A stretch of DNA of 64,000 bases from Malacoraja senta (Eukaryota). A model generated the notes under the pieces. It was not told the origin of the DNA. It saw only the letters and a list, made by a program, of their open reading frames with translations, and did not search any database. How positions within the stretch are numbered: position 1 is the stretch's first letter; the number at the start of each line of letters is the position of its first letter. The translations under genes and the position numbers were made by a program. This document shows positions 48,487 through 61,623 of this stretch, in pieces. The DNA lies in contig CM075977.1 in the NCBI GenBank assembly GCA_038087875.1, positions 263,500,001-263,564,000 of the forward strand. The letters run 5' to 3'.

Positions 48487-48783
48487 TTTACTTTTAGACA
48501 GAGCGCAGAAACACTGGCTCACTGTATCCGCGCCGGCCACCAATCGCCTCATACACTAACGCTACTCGGGACAATTTTTACCGAAGTCAAAAATCCTACA
48601 AACCTATACGTCAATGGAGTGTGGAGTGTGGAGTGTGGGAGGAAACTAGACCACCTGGAGAAAAGCCACACGCCACAGGGAGAACGCACAAACTCCATAC
48701 AGACAGCACCCGTAGTCTGGATCAAAACCGGGTCTCTGGCGCTGTAAGGCCGCACATTCCACGCACCAAACGCCACACTGCCA
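48487..48783 (-). mobile_element. HE1/V-SINE-like tRNA SINE
   Basis: Homologous to 4937-5243. Confidence 0.75.
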
Positions 48784-49929
48784 CTTCGTCCTCATTCAGA
48801 TATGTAACTTTACTGGCTGATAAACTGCAACAAATGTGACTTGGTGCTTTCTGTGCATGATTTTACAAAAATGTACAGGTATTTCTCCATGGCCATGTGA
48901 ATTTCAGAATGACATGTCTCAGCCTATTCAATGCGCTGTTGAAACAGGAAAAGAAACCATTTTGCCCATCTTCCAGCCTGGCTATCATCAAAAGCCAATA
49001 ATTTTCTGCAGAGCCGTACCATTTTCTTTTTTCCCCTCAAATATTTATCCACGTTGTTGAAAACCCATTGTGCAAATATTAATCCTCTTTGGTAGAGAAT
49101 TCCAGGGTGTTCAGCTGAACACTATTTCAAAAATGTTCAAAGCTGAAAAAATTATTTTTGCCAGTAACGTTAAATGTTTCTCTTCCCTTATGTCAATGGA
49201 AATATTGTCTCTCAGTTCACTTTGTTAAGATTGTCATTGATATTGAACAGTATAAAAATCATTTTGCGTGTTACACTGTTGCCATCCATCTTCAAAACAT
49301 TTTGTATAAACTAGGTTCCCTTCACAAAATGAAGCAGGGAATATATAGCACACAAAGCTACAATGCTTGCACTGAGACTGAAACCCATTATCGAAGAACA
49401 CTCTTGGTTGAAAGAGGATGCAATTTTTTCAACATTTTCTTTTCTTTTGTCCTTGAGATTGGGAATGTTTATGGATCGTCTCTTGTTTTTTGTTATTCAC
49501 TCTCCAGAAATCCATATGACAGGACTGTAGTTCTTTGGACTGATTGGTTTGTTGTATGATTGCCTTTGTATGCTGTTTCTGTTGTCCATTGTCACTTTGG
49601 TTCATAACCTAGATTGGCACTTCATGTTTAGGTATCCTCCTGGCATGCTTTTCCTTTTAACCTTCTGGCATGCTTACCCTTTTCTCTTACTCCAGGCTAA
49701 TTCCAGGCATGTTTCTAAAGGTAAAACTACAGAAATATTGGCTGTAAACATGCAGATTGAGATGGATATAATTCTAGTGTGATGCCCCATTGAGCATAGA
49801 ACAGTACAGCATTGGAAAAGGCCCTTCAGCCCACAACACCTCTGCCAATTATGATGCCAATTAAACTAATCTGTTCACATGTGCCTGCACAAGCCCATAT
49901 CCCTCAATTCCCTCCATATTTGTGTTTCT

Positions 49930-50787
49930 AAAGTAAAGTAAAGTAAAGTAAGTTTATTTATATAGCGCCTTTCAATCAGATTACTGAAACCAAAGCGCTT
50001 TACAGACAATTAACCATATAAATAAAAATAAAAAGGTAGAATAAAAAAGACACGACACACTATTTAGAGATTCAACATGAACATCCCCCCACAGCAGAGT
50101 CGACACTCTCCACCGTGAGGGAAAGGCACCAAAGTGTCCAGTCCTCCTCCTAGTCCACCCGAGATCGGGGCCAGTCTGAGGGCTCCGCAGCCAGTCGCCG
50201 CAACGGCAGCCCGATGTTGTAGACTCACCCGCCGGGAAGCTGGAACACCGGCATCGGGTGGAAAGTCCTCAACGGCTTGGAAGTGTCTGGAGCGGCCGCT
50301 CCTTCCCCGGAGACTGCGACGCCCGCGGACTTCAGGCCGCGCCGGTTGGAGCTTCGACTCCGCGGTGTTTTTGATCCAGCGCCGCCCGCCCTTGGCGGGA
50401 TGCCCTCAAACCGCAGACCGCAGACCACGGCTGCTCGATGTTGGTGGTCGGCGGTCACAGCACTCCGGAGCGGCGACCCGACAAGGCATCGCCCGCTCCC
50501 CGTTGGTGTCCCAGCGCTGTGCCGCCGAAGCTGTGGTCCCTGGCAGGAAACGCCGCTCCAGCCCGATGGAAGGCCGCATGGGGAGACCGGAGACGCGATT
50601 CGGAGGAAAACCGCATCTCCGACCAGGTAGGACTGGGGTTAAAACAGTCCCCCCCCCCCCCACATAGAAAGAATAGACTCCAAATAATAAAAAAATAAAA
50701 AATATTCAAACAATAAAAGAGTTAGACGACGGACTGCAGGCAGGCTGCCATACAAACGGCGCCCACTCCTGCACATCCGCCATCTTA
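49930..50787 (-). mobile_element. Modular retroelement, copy F, with L2-type tail
   Basis: Head AAGATGGCGG..GGGCGCC; covariant hairpin at 50085-50122; tail AAGCGCTTTG..AAAGGCGCTATATAAATAAA plus (ACTTT)n; inserted in a CR1 tail. Confidence 0.7.
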
Positions 50788-51504
50788 AAGTCTCTTAAAT
50801 GCCATCTAAATGCGCACAACATCTCGTGATGCTGAGAATTGAGGAATTAGACTGAGATTGCAAATAAGGTGAAGTGAGTTTGCATATTTCCTCTATTTGA
50901 GCTCTAGCTTTTTATTTGCATGTGCCTTTGATAATTTCTAAAGTAACTTTGCATTGGACAGTTTACTTTCATCGTCAACTTGATGGCACTTTGATCTTTG
51001 ACGTGTCAATCCTCTGACCAAGAAATTAAAGAGATTTCCTGTCAAACCACAGTGCAGATAATTGCACCCTGACAGTGTACAGGTACAATTAGAGGTCATT
51101 TGACATGCTCTCTTAAGGATTCCAGGTCTTTGGTTCTGTCATCTCTATTAGTAAGACAGAAACTTGTTTCAACCTGCTTCTCATTCCAGTACTTTACAGT
51201 CATCTTCATTCGGGATATGTTGAAAAAATATAGCCAGTGTTAGCAGAATGGTCTTCAATGATCAGGGAAATGAGTTGCCTCTTGGCATCAGTGATATCAG
51301 CCCTGTCCTCTACTCGGTATCTGCTCCTCCACTGATGGTCTACGCCATAGTTGTTCTAACATCTGCTTTGCGTTTTTGAAATTAGGACTCCCCGCAGGTG
51401 CTACTTTCACCTCTGCTCCCTTTCTTTAATAATGAGTATTTGCTGTTGTTCATTGTTGCATATGAGGAAATGCTGCTAAATATACAACTTTTGTGGACTG
51501 GAGA

Positions 51505-52612
51505 ATAGATCGCATGGAATCTAAGGAGAGATAGCTGAGTGGATAGAAAGTTGGCTTCATGGAAGTAAAAAGAGGAAGATGGTGGAAGGGTGCTTCTCAG
51601 ACTGGAGGCCTGTGATTAGTGGTGTGCCTCAGGGTTCGGTTCTGGCCCTGCTGCTATTTGTCATCTACATCAATAATTTGGATGAGAACAAACATGGCAA
51701 GATTAGCAAGTTTGCTGATGATACAAAAGTGGGTGGTTTTGCTGATAGTGAAGATGGTTGTGAAAAATTGCAGCAGGATCTTGATCGATGGGCCAGCTGG
51801 GCTAAGGAATGGTTGATGGAATTTATTACAGATAAATGAATATGAGGTGTTGCATTTTGGGAAGTCTAACATTAGCAGGACCTACACAATGAATGGTAGG
51901 GCTCTGGGGAGCGTTGTAGAGTAGAGGGATCTAGGAGTGCAGGTGCATGGTTCATTGAAAGTCAAGTCACAGGTAGAAAAGGTGGTCAAAAAGGCTTTTT
52001 GTACATTGGCCTTCATCAGTCAGAGTATTGAAGTTGGAAGGTCATGTTGCAGTTGTATAAGACATTGGTGAGACTGCATTTAGAGTATTGTGTTCAGTTC
52101 TGGGCACCATGTTTAGGAAAGATGTCAAGCTGGAAAGGGTACAGAGAAGATTTACGAGGATGTTGCCAGGACTAGAGGGTCTGACCTATAGGGAGAGGTT
52201 GAGTAGGCTAGGACTTAATCCCTGGAACGCAGGAGGATGAGGAGTGATCTTATAGAGGTGTATAAAATCATGAAAGGAATAGCTCGGGTACATGCACAGA
52301 GTCTATTGCCCAGAGTAGGTGAATCGAGGACCAGAGGACCTAGGTTTAAGGTGAAGGGGAAAATATTTAATAGGAATCTGAGGGGTAACTTTTTCACACA
52401 AAGGGTTGTGGGTGTATGGAACAAACTGCCAGAGGAGGTAGTTGAGGCTGGTTCTCTCCCAACGTTTAAGAAACAGACAGGTACATGGATAGGACAGGTT
52501 TGGAGGGATATGGACCAAATGCAAGCAGGTGGGACTAGTGTAACTGGGACATGGTGGCCGGTGTAGGCAAATTGGGCCGAAGAGCCTGTTTCCACACTGT
52601 ATCATTCTATGA
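51505..52612 (+). mobile_element. CR1 RT/3' end
   Basis: SGVPQGSVL..FVIYIN..KFADDTK; WNKLPEEVVEAG. Confidence 0.9.
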
Positions 52613-54361
52613 CGCTGAGATATCAGTAAAATGGAATGCCACAGCTTCTTAAAGCAAACCTTGTATTGTTGCCCATGGCAGAGGAAAATAAAAGTCATGC
52701 ACACAATCCACTTAATCAAAACACAATCTTCTCGTAGGCCAGCATCAAACCCAAGCATCTCAAGGAAATGACTCGCTACCTTATTTGCTGGATGACCTTG
52801 ACAAGATCCTACAGTAGCTTTGAGTGAGATCGCATTCATTCTGTGTGCGACAAATGCTATAGATTTGCAATAGCAGATTTTATGATTACAGACTTGCCAG
52901 CCTAAGCAGAGTGATTAAGGAGCTAGAATCCAGATAGAAATGGAGAAAAAAAGAACAGTAAAATGCAAAAGCAGAAATAGAAATTGTAGGACAAACAAAT
53001 AAGAGCATTCTACAAAAATAAGGTAAGATGATTTTTAAAATGGCCCAAGGCTCTGTACCTTAATGCACGAAGCTGAGTAGGTATGGTATGCTAACCATTA
53101 TGGAGCCATGATTACAAGTGGATGAAAACTGGAAGCTTTAGTCAGTCAAATTTGACTTTTATGAAACCGGCAGAAAGAAGAAGATGATTGATAAGAAAAC
53201 TCATTGGTGGGAGACAATCCAGGGTTAAAAGCTAGAGTGCAGTTGGGTGGAGGTAAAAGGACACTTTAGGTTAGGTAGTAGCTCCAATGTAGCAATAGGT
53301 ATAAATCAAGCAATAATGGGAATGCATAAACTAGCAGTGTAATGATGAAGAGGACATTAATTTTCATGTAGATTTGGTTAACAAAGTTGGAAAAACCACA
53401 CTAATGAAATCAGAGTGCATTTGGATAGTTTCCTAATGAATGTATTATGGAGGCAACCAGGGAACAGATTACTTTTGGTCTGGGTAATGAGGCAGATTCA
53501 ATGGAATACCTCAGGGTAAAAAAATGTGAGTGATAGCAGCCATAACATAAGAATTGTAATATTCAGCTTGAGCAGGGAAGCTTAGACCAGAAACTTATTT
53601 ACTTAAATAACGAGAATTGCACTGTAACAAAGATAGATTTGACTGGTTAGATTGGGCAGATATTAGCAGAAAGGATGGTTGGCAAGCAGTGGGAGACATT
53701 TAAAGAGATAATTTATGACCCTTAGCAAAAATGTCCCAGAAATGAGGAAAGATTCCAAGGAAAGAATGAACCAGCCATGACAAACCACAAAATTCATGGA
53801 GGATATATGGAAGCTAGTGGCAGATGAGGAAATCAGAACAAATTTGGATTTCAGTTAAAGAGATAAACTGAGTGCAAAACAGTGAGGAAGAACTTGTAAG
53901 AGCTTGGTAATTGAGTAACTCATTGAACTGTATTAGAAGGCAGTTAGATACTGACTAAATGCCTTGAGAAAAATGCCAAACCAGGTTTTAATTGAAGATT
54001 CCTTATCCTAAGGCCCTCAATGACCAGATATCATTAATGAAATTACTCGTAGGTTTTGTTCCAGAGTTATCTAATAAACTGAATTTAAAATGTTCAGTTA
54101 TGATTGTGGGATTTGGTGCATATAAGGTATGGGCGGCTTGTAATATTGAATTGTGGTTATGAAATTTATATATTAGAAATCAAAGAATGGAGGAGGCGTT
54201 TAAATGTGTGCAGATAAATGACTTTCTGTCTGGAAGAATAGTTTAAGTAAAGATTTCATAACAAAAAATTACTTGGGGAGAAAAAGAGATGGTAATAAAA
54301 GTACAGTAGCTGTGGGCGAGATTTTATGATGCTGAAATGCATTTGAGAACCATGTACCCTG

Positions 54362-55322
54362 AAAATCAGCACGGGAGCATCAAGGCTGCGTGCTCAGCCA
54401 CGTGCTGTACTCACTCTATACTCATGACTGTGTAGCTGGACATAGTGCGAACTCCATCATCAAGTTCGCCGACGACACCACTGTTGTGGGACGAATCATT
54501 GATGGTGACGAGTCAGAGTATAGAAGTGAGATCGACCGATTGACCAAATGCTGCCAGCACAATAACCTGGCTCTCAACACCAGCAAAACCGAGGAACTAA
54601 TTGTGGACTTTGGAAGGGGTAGGATAGGGACCCACAATCCCGTTTATATCAACGGGACGAGGGTGGAAAGGGTCAAGAACTTAAAATTCCTGGGCTTGCA
54701 TATTTCCGAAGGTCTTTCCTGGTCCGAGCAAACTGATGCAATTATAAAGAAAGCACATCAGTGCCTCTACTTCCTGAGAAGATTACGGAGAGTTGGTATG
54801 TCAAAGAGGACTCTCTCGAACTTCTACAGGTGCACAGTAGAGAGCATGCTGACTGGTTGCATCGTGGCTTGGTTCGGCAACTTGAGCGTCCAGGAGCGGA
54901 AAAGAATGCAGAAAGTTGTGACCACTGCCCAGTCCATCATCGGCTCTGACCTCCCCACCATCGAAGCGATCTATCGCAGTCGCTGCCTCAAAAAGGCTGC
55001 CAACATCATCACGGACCCACACCATCCTGGCCACACACTCATCTCTCCGCTGCCATCAGGTAGAAGGTACGGGAGCCTGAAATCTGGTACATCCAGGTTC
55101 AGGAACAGCTACTTCCCCACAGCCATCAGGCTATTAAACACGTCATCAAACAAACTGAACTGAGCCTATTGCACTTTATCTGTTTATTTATGTGTGTATA
55201 TATAGTCTAAGCTATGTAGACACACTGAATGTTCTGTATTTATGCTTACAATACTCTGTGCTCAGCAAGCAAGAATTTCATTGTCATATCTGGGACACAT
55301 GACAATAAACTCTCTTGACTCT
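54362..55322 (+). mobile_element. Rex1/Babar-type LINE 3' end
   Basis: LYSLYTHDC..KFADDTT..KKAHQCLYFLRRL..LPSGRRY; ATGACAATAAA tail. Confidence 0.9.
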
Positions 55323-55362
55323 TTAAATGCTTTTTAAGCCTTGTAAGAGTTTTAAGGCATTA

Positions 55363-56740
55363 CTAGACCAAGTGCAGACCCGTTGGAGAGCCGGCCCGGG
55401 GGGGGGGGGTAGCTAGGCGGGCGGCAGCAGCTAAAATCGTCAGCGAAAGAAAAAAAATGGCGGCGTTTTTGGAGCAGAGCCGGTCGGCAGCAGCCGTTAT
55501 GGTGGCTGGCCAGCTGGAGGAGACTAAATGAGTGAGTAGTGGGGTGGATTTTATTTTAAAAAGTGTACATAAAAATGTCAATCTAATAAGGAGTGCGTTA
55601 GGGTATGTAAAAGTGTAATGTCTAGCGAAATGGAAAAAAATCACGGAGTTTTCGCGTGCGGTTTCGGCGGAGCAAGGAATCAAAGGCCAAATCTGACACC
55701 CACAAATAAACACAGAGTTTTAATGGTATACTAGACCAAGTGCAGACCCGTTGGGGTCTGTTTCCCCAACGCGCGTTTGCTGGGGGGGGGGCTGCGGCGT
55801 CACACTAACCACCCCCCGTTGGGTCTGTTCTCCAAAGCACGGTTGCGGGGTGGGAATCTGGCACCTACCAAACACACACTCATCACACCCCTTGATATTA
55901 TCTTAATTTTATTAATTGGCTTCTATCCCATCTCCACCCTATCCACTGACGAATAGCCCTCACCTCTCAGGTGCGTCTAGAGGGGGGGGCAGAGAGAGTG
56001 CACAGACAGAGTGGAAGAGAGAGAGAGAGAGGGCAGAGAAAAAGATAAAGATCAAAGAGAGAGAGCAGAGATAGGGGTTGGGGGTAGAGGGGGAAGAGTG
56101 TGGATGGAGGGGGAAGAGTGGGGAGGGGGAAGGGGGTGGGGGAGTGAAGGGGGAGAGGGGTGGGAGGAGGAGAGAGGGATGGGGGAGAGGAAATAGTGGG
56201 GAGGAGAGTGGAAGGGGGAGGGGTAGGGACAGTTCATCTTTTCCCCATTCCCTATCACCCCCAATCCTCTTTCTCTATTCCCACACACGTGATGACGCAC
56301 TTCGACACGGGCTGTGGGGGGAGGGGCTGGGGCTGCTGCAAAGGCATATGTAAATGGATTCATTCCGATTGGACACCTGTGAGCATTGGGCATTGTGACA
56401 TCACACGATGGAACGTTCACCAACATTCTATGGGTGAGAGCTGTTTTTTTTAACATTAAGAGCAGACCCTCTGGACCCCGAACGTCCTTCAGACCCCGGG
56501 GTCTGGTTCCCGAAAGTGCTTCAGCTAAAGAAAAAAAAATGGCGTAGTTTTTGGAGCAGAGCTGGGCGGCAGCAGCCGTTATGGTGGCTGGCCAGCAGGA
56601 GGAGACAAAATGAGTGATTGGGGGGTGGGGGGGAGGAAGGATTTATTAAAAATGTGTACATAAAGACGACGAAATTTAATCAGGAGTGGATACTTGGAAT
56701 GAAAAGTGAAATCTCTACTGAAATGGAAAAAATCCACAGA
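55363..56740 (-). mobile_element. Two tandem non-autonomous Helitron units
   Basis: CTAG 3' ends at 55363-55366 and 55731-55734; hairpin CAGACCC-CAAC-GGGTCTG; shared block 55430-55640 and 56525-56735. Confidence 0.75.
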
Positions 56741-56821
56741 ACATAGCTTCCATGGAAAGGTTGTGCCCTTGTTGTTACACAACTCTCAATGAACAGGGAG
56801 CCTAAGTACTCATACTCATGC

Positions 56822-57572
56822 TTACTTTATTAGCCAAGTATGTTTTGCAACATACGAGGAATTTGATTTTTCACAGTCATACTAATAATAAGCAACAGAA
56901 CACACAAAATACATTTTGACATAAACATCCACCATAGTGACTCCTCCACATTCCTCACTGTGATGGAAGGTGAAAAAAGTTCAATCTCTTCCCTTCTTTG
57001 TCCTCCCACGGTCGGGGACCTCGAGCCTTCTGTTGACGGGACGATCTTGACTCCTGTAGCCGTCGGCATTCGGGCCCTCTGCGTCGGGGTGATCAAGCTC
57101 CCTCATCGGGGGGGATCTCAGCTCCCCCGCGCCGGAGCGATCAGACCCCAGATCGGGGCTGGTCAAACCTACTGCGTCGTTGGAGCCCTCGACATCTATG
57201 GTCTCAACCCGAGACTGTGAGCTCCCGATGGTGAAATCCGCAGGCCGCGGTTGGAGCGTCGATCCCAGGCTAGGAATCAGCTCTGATGGTAAGTCCACGC
57301 CCCGCGGTGGGGCTCAAATTCTGTAACGAGCAAGGCGTCCAGGTCCGCGATGTTAGGCCGCAGAGCGACCAGAGACACGATCCGGAAAACAATCTCATCT
57401 CCGGCAAGGTAAGAGATTGAAAAAATAGTTTCCCCCGACGCCGACCCCCCACCCACCACATAAAACAAACCAGAGAACAATAAAACAAACTTTTAAAACA
57501 CACTAAAAAATAACAAAAAAAATGCGAAAAGACAGACAGACTGTTGGCGTGGCTGCCATCGTCAGCGCCCCT
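56822..57572 (-). mobile_element. Modular retroelement, copy G
   Basis: GGGGCGCTG..ATGGCAGCC head, hairpin at about 56928-56967, Rex-type CATACTTGGCTAATAAA tail. Confidence 0.7.
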
Positions 57573-58238
57573 GATGGTATCAGTTTAAATGGAAGGACTA
57601 ACAAATTATGAAGGTTGGAGTTTTCAGGCAGGATTAATTACCAATACCAATTAACTTGGTATTGCAATTTCTTTTGTGCAATTTGTGCCACAGTATCCTG
57701 ACTGAAAGTTTGTCTATTTTGTTAGACAAAAATATATAGATGTTGTATTATTTGTCATTGAATCTGTTAGTATGATTTTATGGACCTGACTTTGATACAC
57801 TTTACCTCGTAAATCACAGATGTGTAACTTTTGTGCTGCGTGTAATTTTGTTGAAAATTCCTTGCAATCTAGTTACAGATTTCTTTTTAAATACTTCCAG
57901 GAAAATGTTAAAGATTTAAATAATTATTTCAATTTCAAAGTCAGAAATAGTCCAATAGTTAGCATCTACACTTTTTAATTATACATAATAAATCGAACAA
58001 GGCAGAGTTCTGGGTATACTTTGGCATGTTATCCTTAATGCTGATCTTTAAAATCCTAGTCTAAATGTCTGTAGGTAAGATAAAAATGTTGGTTTCATCT
58101 AGACTACGTCACTTCCTAATTTTCTGTAAATAATTCAGAAATTTTAACTTGAATACTACCTTGTCCATAACTGAAGTACACGTCCATAACAATTGTTGTT
58201 GTCTTTAAACCTGCTTAATGCATTCAATTTTCCTCCAG

Positions 58239-58326
58239 GGTACACAAAGCTTAAATCCACACAATGACTACTGCCAGCATTTTGTAGACACTGGTCATCG
58301 TCCCCAAAACTTCATTCGTGATGTAG
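58239..58326 (+). CDS. METTL14: METTL14 coding exon 5
   Basis: ccag|..|gtaagt, 88 bp; [29 protein letters not shown](G), identical to the recalled human peptide. Confidence 0.98.
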
Positions 58327-58734
58327 GTAAGTTAAAGCGATCATCAGTGGTCCTTGAAACTTTATCCCAGATATATCGCTGATGAATTGATGCTATCTGA
58401 AAGTTTCTTTGATGTAAAAGTAATTCAAAAGTTGTATTTGATTTGAATATTTTCATGGCAGTGACTTATTTTGCCAGGTTTATACAGATGATCCTGATAT
58501 TTATTAAGATTTATACCACAATTTTCTTGTGTTAAAATGATAGAGTAAAATCTTTTTAGTTGTTGATATCATTTCATCATTTGCAGTAAAATAGACAGTG
58601 TCTGTTGCAGTGTATGTGTGTTTGTCAGTGTGAGATTAAAGAAAATGCTTTGAATGCTGTGGGTACTTGGATGAAATGTAAACAGGTTGCATTCAACAAG
58701 CACAATCCTGAAGTGATCGCCGCATAAATAGCAG

Positions 58735-59670
58735 ATAGATATAAAGCTGGAGTAACTTAGCAGGTCAGACAGCATCTCTGGAGAAAAGGAATTGGTGACT
58801 TTTTGGGTCGAGACACTTCTTCAGACTGAGAGTCAGGGGAAAGGGATACAAAAGATATGGACGGCGATATAGAGTGATATAGAACAAATAATTGAAAGAA
58901 ATGCAAAAAGTAACGATGATAAATGAAACAGGCCGTTGTTAGCTGGGTGAAAACGAGTTACAGACAATGAGGCTCAATAAGATGACTTTGAAGCTAATAC
59001 AACTTGGGTGGGGGACGGGTTTAGTTTAGAGATGCAGCGTGGAAACAGTTCCTTCAGCCCACCGTGTCTGCGCCAAACAGCGATCACCGCATGTTAACAC
59101 TATCCTACACACACTAGGCACAATTACATTTATACCAAGCCAATTAACTTACAAGCGTGTGCATCTTTGGAGTGTGGGAGGAAACAGAAGATCTCGGAGA
59201 AAACCCATGCGATTACGGGGAGAACGTACAGATAGCACCCATAGTCGGGATCAAACCTGGAAATCTGGTGCTGTAAGACCGCTGAGCTGATGGAGAGAGG
59301 GGGATGCAAGTGTTGCTTGAAGTTAGAGAAATCAATATTCATATGGCTGGGTTGTAAGCTGCAGAAGCAACATTTGAGGTGCTTTTCCTCCAATTTGCGT
59401 TTGCCCTCACTCTGACAATGGAAGAGGCCCAGGACAGAAAGGTCACTGGGAATGGGAGGGGGAATTAAAGTGGTTTGCAACCGGGAGATCAGATAGGTCC
59501 AGGATAGTGAGCAAAGTTGTTCACCAGAACAATCGCCCAGTCTACATTTAGTCTCGCCAATATATAAGAGTCCACATCTTGAACAACGGATACAGTAGAT
59601 CAGGTTGAGGAGGTACAAGTGAATTTCTGCCTAACCTGAAAGGACTGTCGGGGTCCCTGGACAGAGTCAA
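58735..59670 (-). mobile_element. Penelope-like 3' fragment interrupted by a SINE
   Basis: GIY-YIG NLIYCIRCSRCGLLYIGETK; terminal repeat at 58735-58830. Confidence 0.8.
59019..59282 (-). mobile_element. HE1/V-SINE-like tRNA SINE
   Basis: Homologous to 4937-5243. Confidence 0.8.
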
Positions 59671-60113
59671 ATCTGCCGCATAAATAGCTATGTATCAGGA
59701 GTAAAGAATTTTGTAAATGGACAAGGATTATAAACTGGTGAAGAAATGAGTTTTCAAAGAAAAATTGGGGTGTTTTGTTTAATTTTGTAATTCTAGATTT
59801 AGTGACTAAATGTGTAAGTTGGTGTTACAAGACATTACTTGTAGATGTAACATTTTAAAGCCAATCCAGTACCAGATAGCAGTGCAAGCTCAGCCATGAT
59901 CTTCCATTGTTTCAGACAACCACCTGTTACAATGGTCCTGTTGAAGCATCAGGTTATGTTATAACCTCAATGAATGATATATGTTTGATTCCTGGCTCCA
60001 TTAAGAGCAGGAATGAGCCTTAAAGCATGCCAGTAGATATTTTTTGAAATCAAACGTAGATGAAGATTTCGAACTCAACTTCTTGAGGGTTTTTTATGGT
60101 TTGAATTTTGTTT

Positions 60114-60650
60114 TCACTTATATGGTGCATGACTTGGCCACTCAAGAATTGACTGCTTTTTAGCTATGAAAAACTCCTTTGTTGCTTTAGCAGTATGTTT
60201 GGGATCATTGTCTAGCTGTAGAATGAACTGTCGGCCAATGAGTTTTGAGGCATTTGTTTGAACTTGAGCAGATAGGATGTGTCTATACATTTCAGCATTC
60301 ATTATGCTACTACCATCAGCAGATGTATCATCATTGAAGATAAGTGAGCCAGTACCTTCAGCAGCCATACATGCCCAGGCCATAACACCCCCACCGCCGT
60401 GTTTCACAGATGATGTGGTATGCTTTGGATCTTGGGCAGTTCCTTCTCTCCTCCATACTTTGCCCTTGCCATCACTCTGATATAATTTAATCTTCATCTC
60501 ATCTGTCCACAACACTTTTTTCCAGAACTGTGGTTGCTCTTTTAAGAACTTCTTGCAAACTGTAACCCGGCCATCCTATTTTTGCGGCTCACCCGTGGTT
60601 TGCATCTTGCAGTGTAGTCTCTGTATTTCTGTTCATGAAGTCTTCTCAGG
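60114..60650 (-). mobile_element. Tc1 transposase remnant (further pieces at about 61578-61623 and 63665-63800)
   Basis: LWTDE..VKHGGGGVMAWACM..QLDNDPKHTAK..LEWPS, Tc1 DDE motifs. Confidence 0.9.
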
Positions 60651-60667
60651 AAGGCATTTCATAAGTC

Positions 60668-61577
60668 TTCCCTCCTCTACTCCCTCTTCACCTACGACTG
60701 CACCACCTGTACATGGTACTAACACCATCATCAAGTATGCAGATGATACAACGGTGATTGGCCTCATCAGCAACAACGATGAGTCGGCCTATAGGGAGGA
60801 GGTCCAGCTCCTAGCAGCATGGTGCGCTTACAACAACCTGGCCCTTAACTCCAAGAAGACCAAGGAGCTCATTGTAGACTTCAGGAAGTCTAGGGGCGGC
60901 ACACACACCCCCATCCACATTAACGGGACGGAGGTGGAACGTGTTTCCAGCTTCAGGTTCCTGGGGGTCAACATCTCCAATGACTTCTCTTGGACCCACA
61001 ATACCTCAACTCTGGTCAAGAAGGCTCACCAGCGTCTCTTCTTCCTGAGGAGACTAAAGAAGGTCCATCTGTCTCCTCAGATTCTGGTGAACTGGTCTGC
61101 ACCATCGAGAGCATCCTTACCAACTGCATCACAGTATAGTATGGCAACTGCTCTGTCTCCGACCGGAAAGCACTGCAGAGGGTGGTGAAAATTGCCCAAC
61201 GCATCACCGGTTCCTCACTCCCCTCCATTCAGTCTGTCCAAAACAAGCGTTGTCTGCGAAGGGCGCTCAGCATCGCCAAGGACTGCTCTCACCCCAACCA
61301 CAGACTGTTTACCCTCCTACCATCCGGGAGGCGCTACAGGTCTCTCCGTTGTCGGACCAGCAGGTCCAGGAACAGCTTCTTCCCTGCGGCTGTTACACTA
61401 CTCAACACTGTACCTCGGTGACTGCCAATCACCCCCCCCCCCCGGACACTCCTCCCACCAGGATTTATTTATTGCTCATATTTATGTCGCTCTTCTAGGG
61501 AGATGCTAACTGCATTTCGTTGTCTCTACTGTACACTGCACAATGACAATAAAGTTGAATCTGATCTGAATCTGAAT
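60668..61577 (+). mobile_element. Rex1/Babar-type LINE 3' end inserted in Tc1
   Basis: IIKYADDTT..KTKELIVDFRK..KKAHQRLFFLRRL; (TCTGAA)n tail. Confidence 0.9.
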
Positions 61578-61623
61578 CTTCTGCGGACAGTGGTCATTGA
61601 TAAATCCACACCTGACTCCTGAA

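Noticed and set aside
49610-49715. Clustered GGCATG motifs (p53 half-site or RBFOX-like)
   Set aside because: Not arranged as paired p53 half-sites and far from any exon; compatible with chance.
57530-57572. HDV-like fold in the GGCGC head of the modular elements
   Set aside because: No L3/P3 motif, P1.1 or CGAA-type junction could be assigned.
4937-59282. All five HE1-like SINEs on the - strand
   Set aside because: Sample too small to distinguish from chance.
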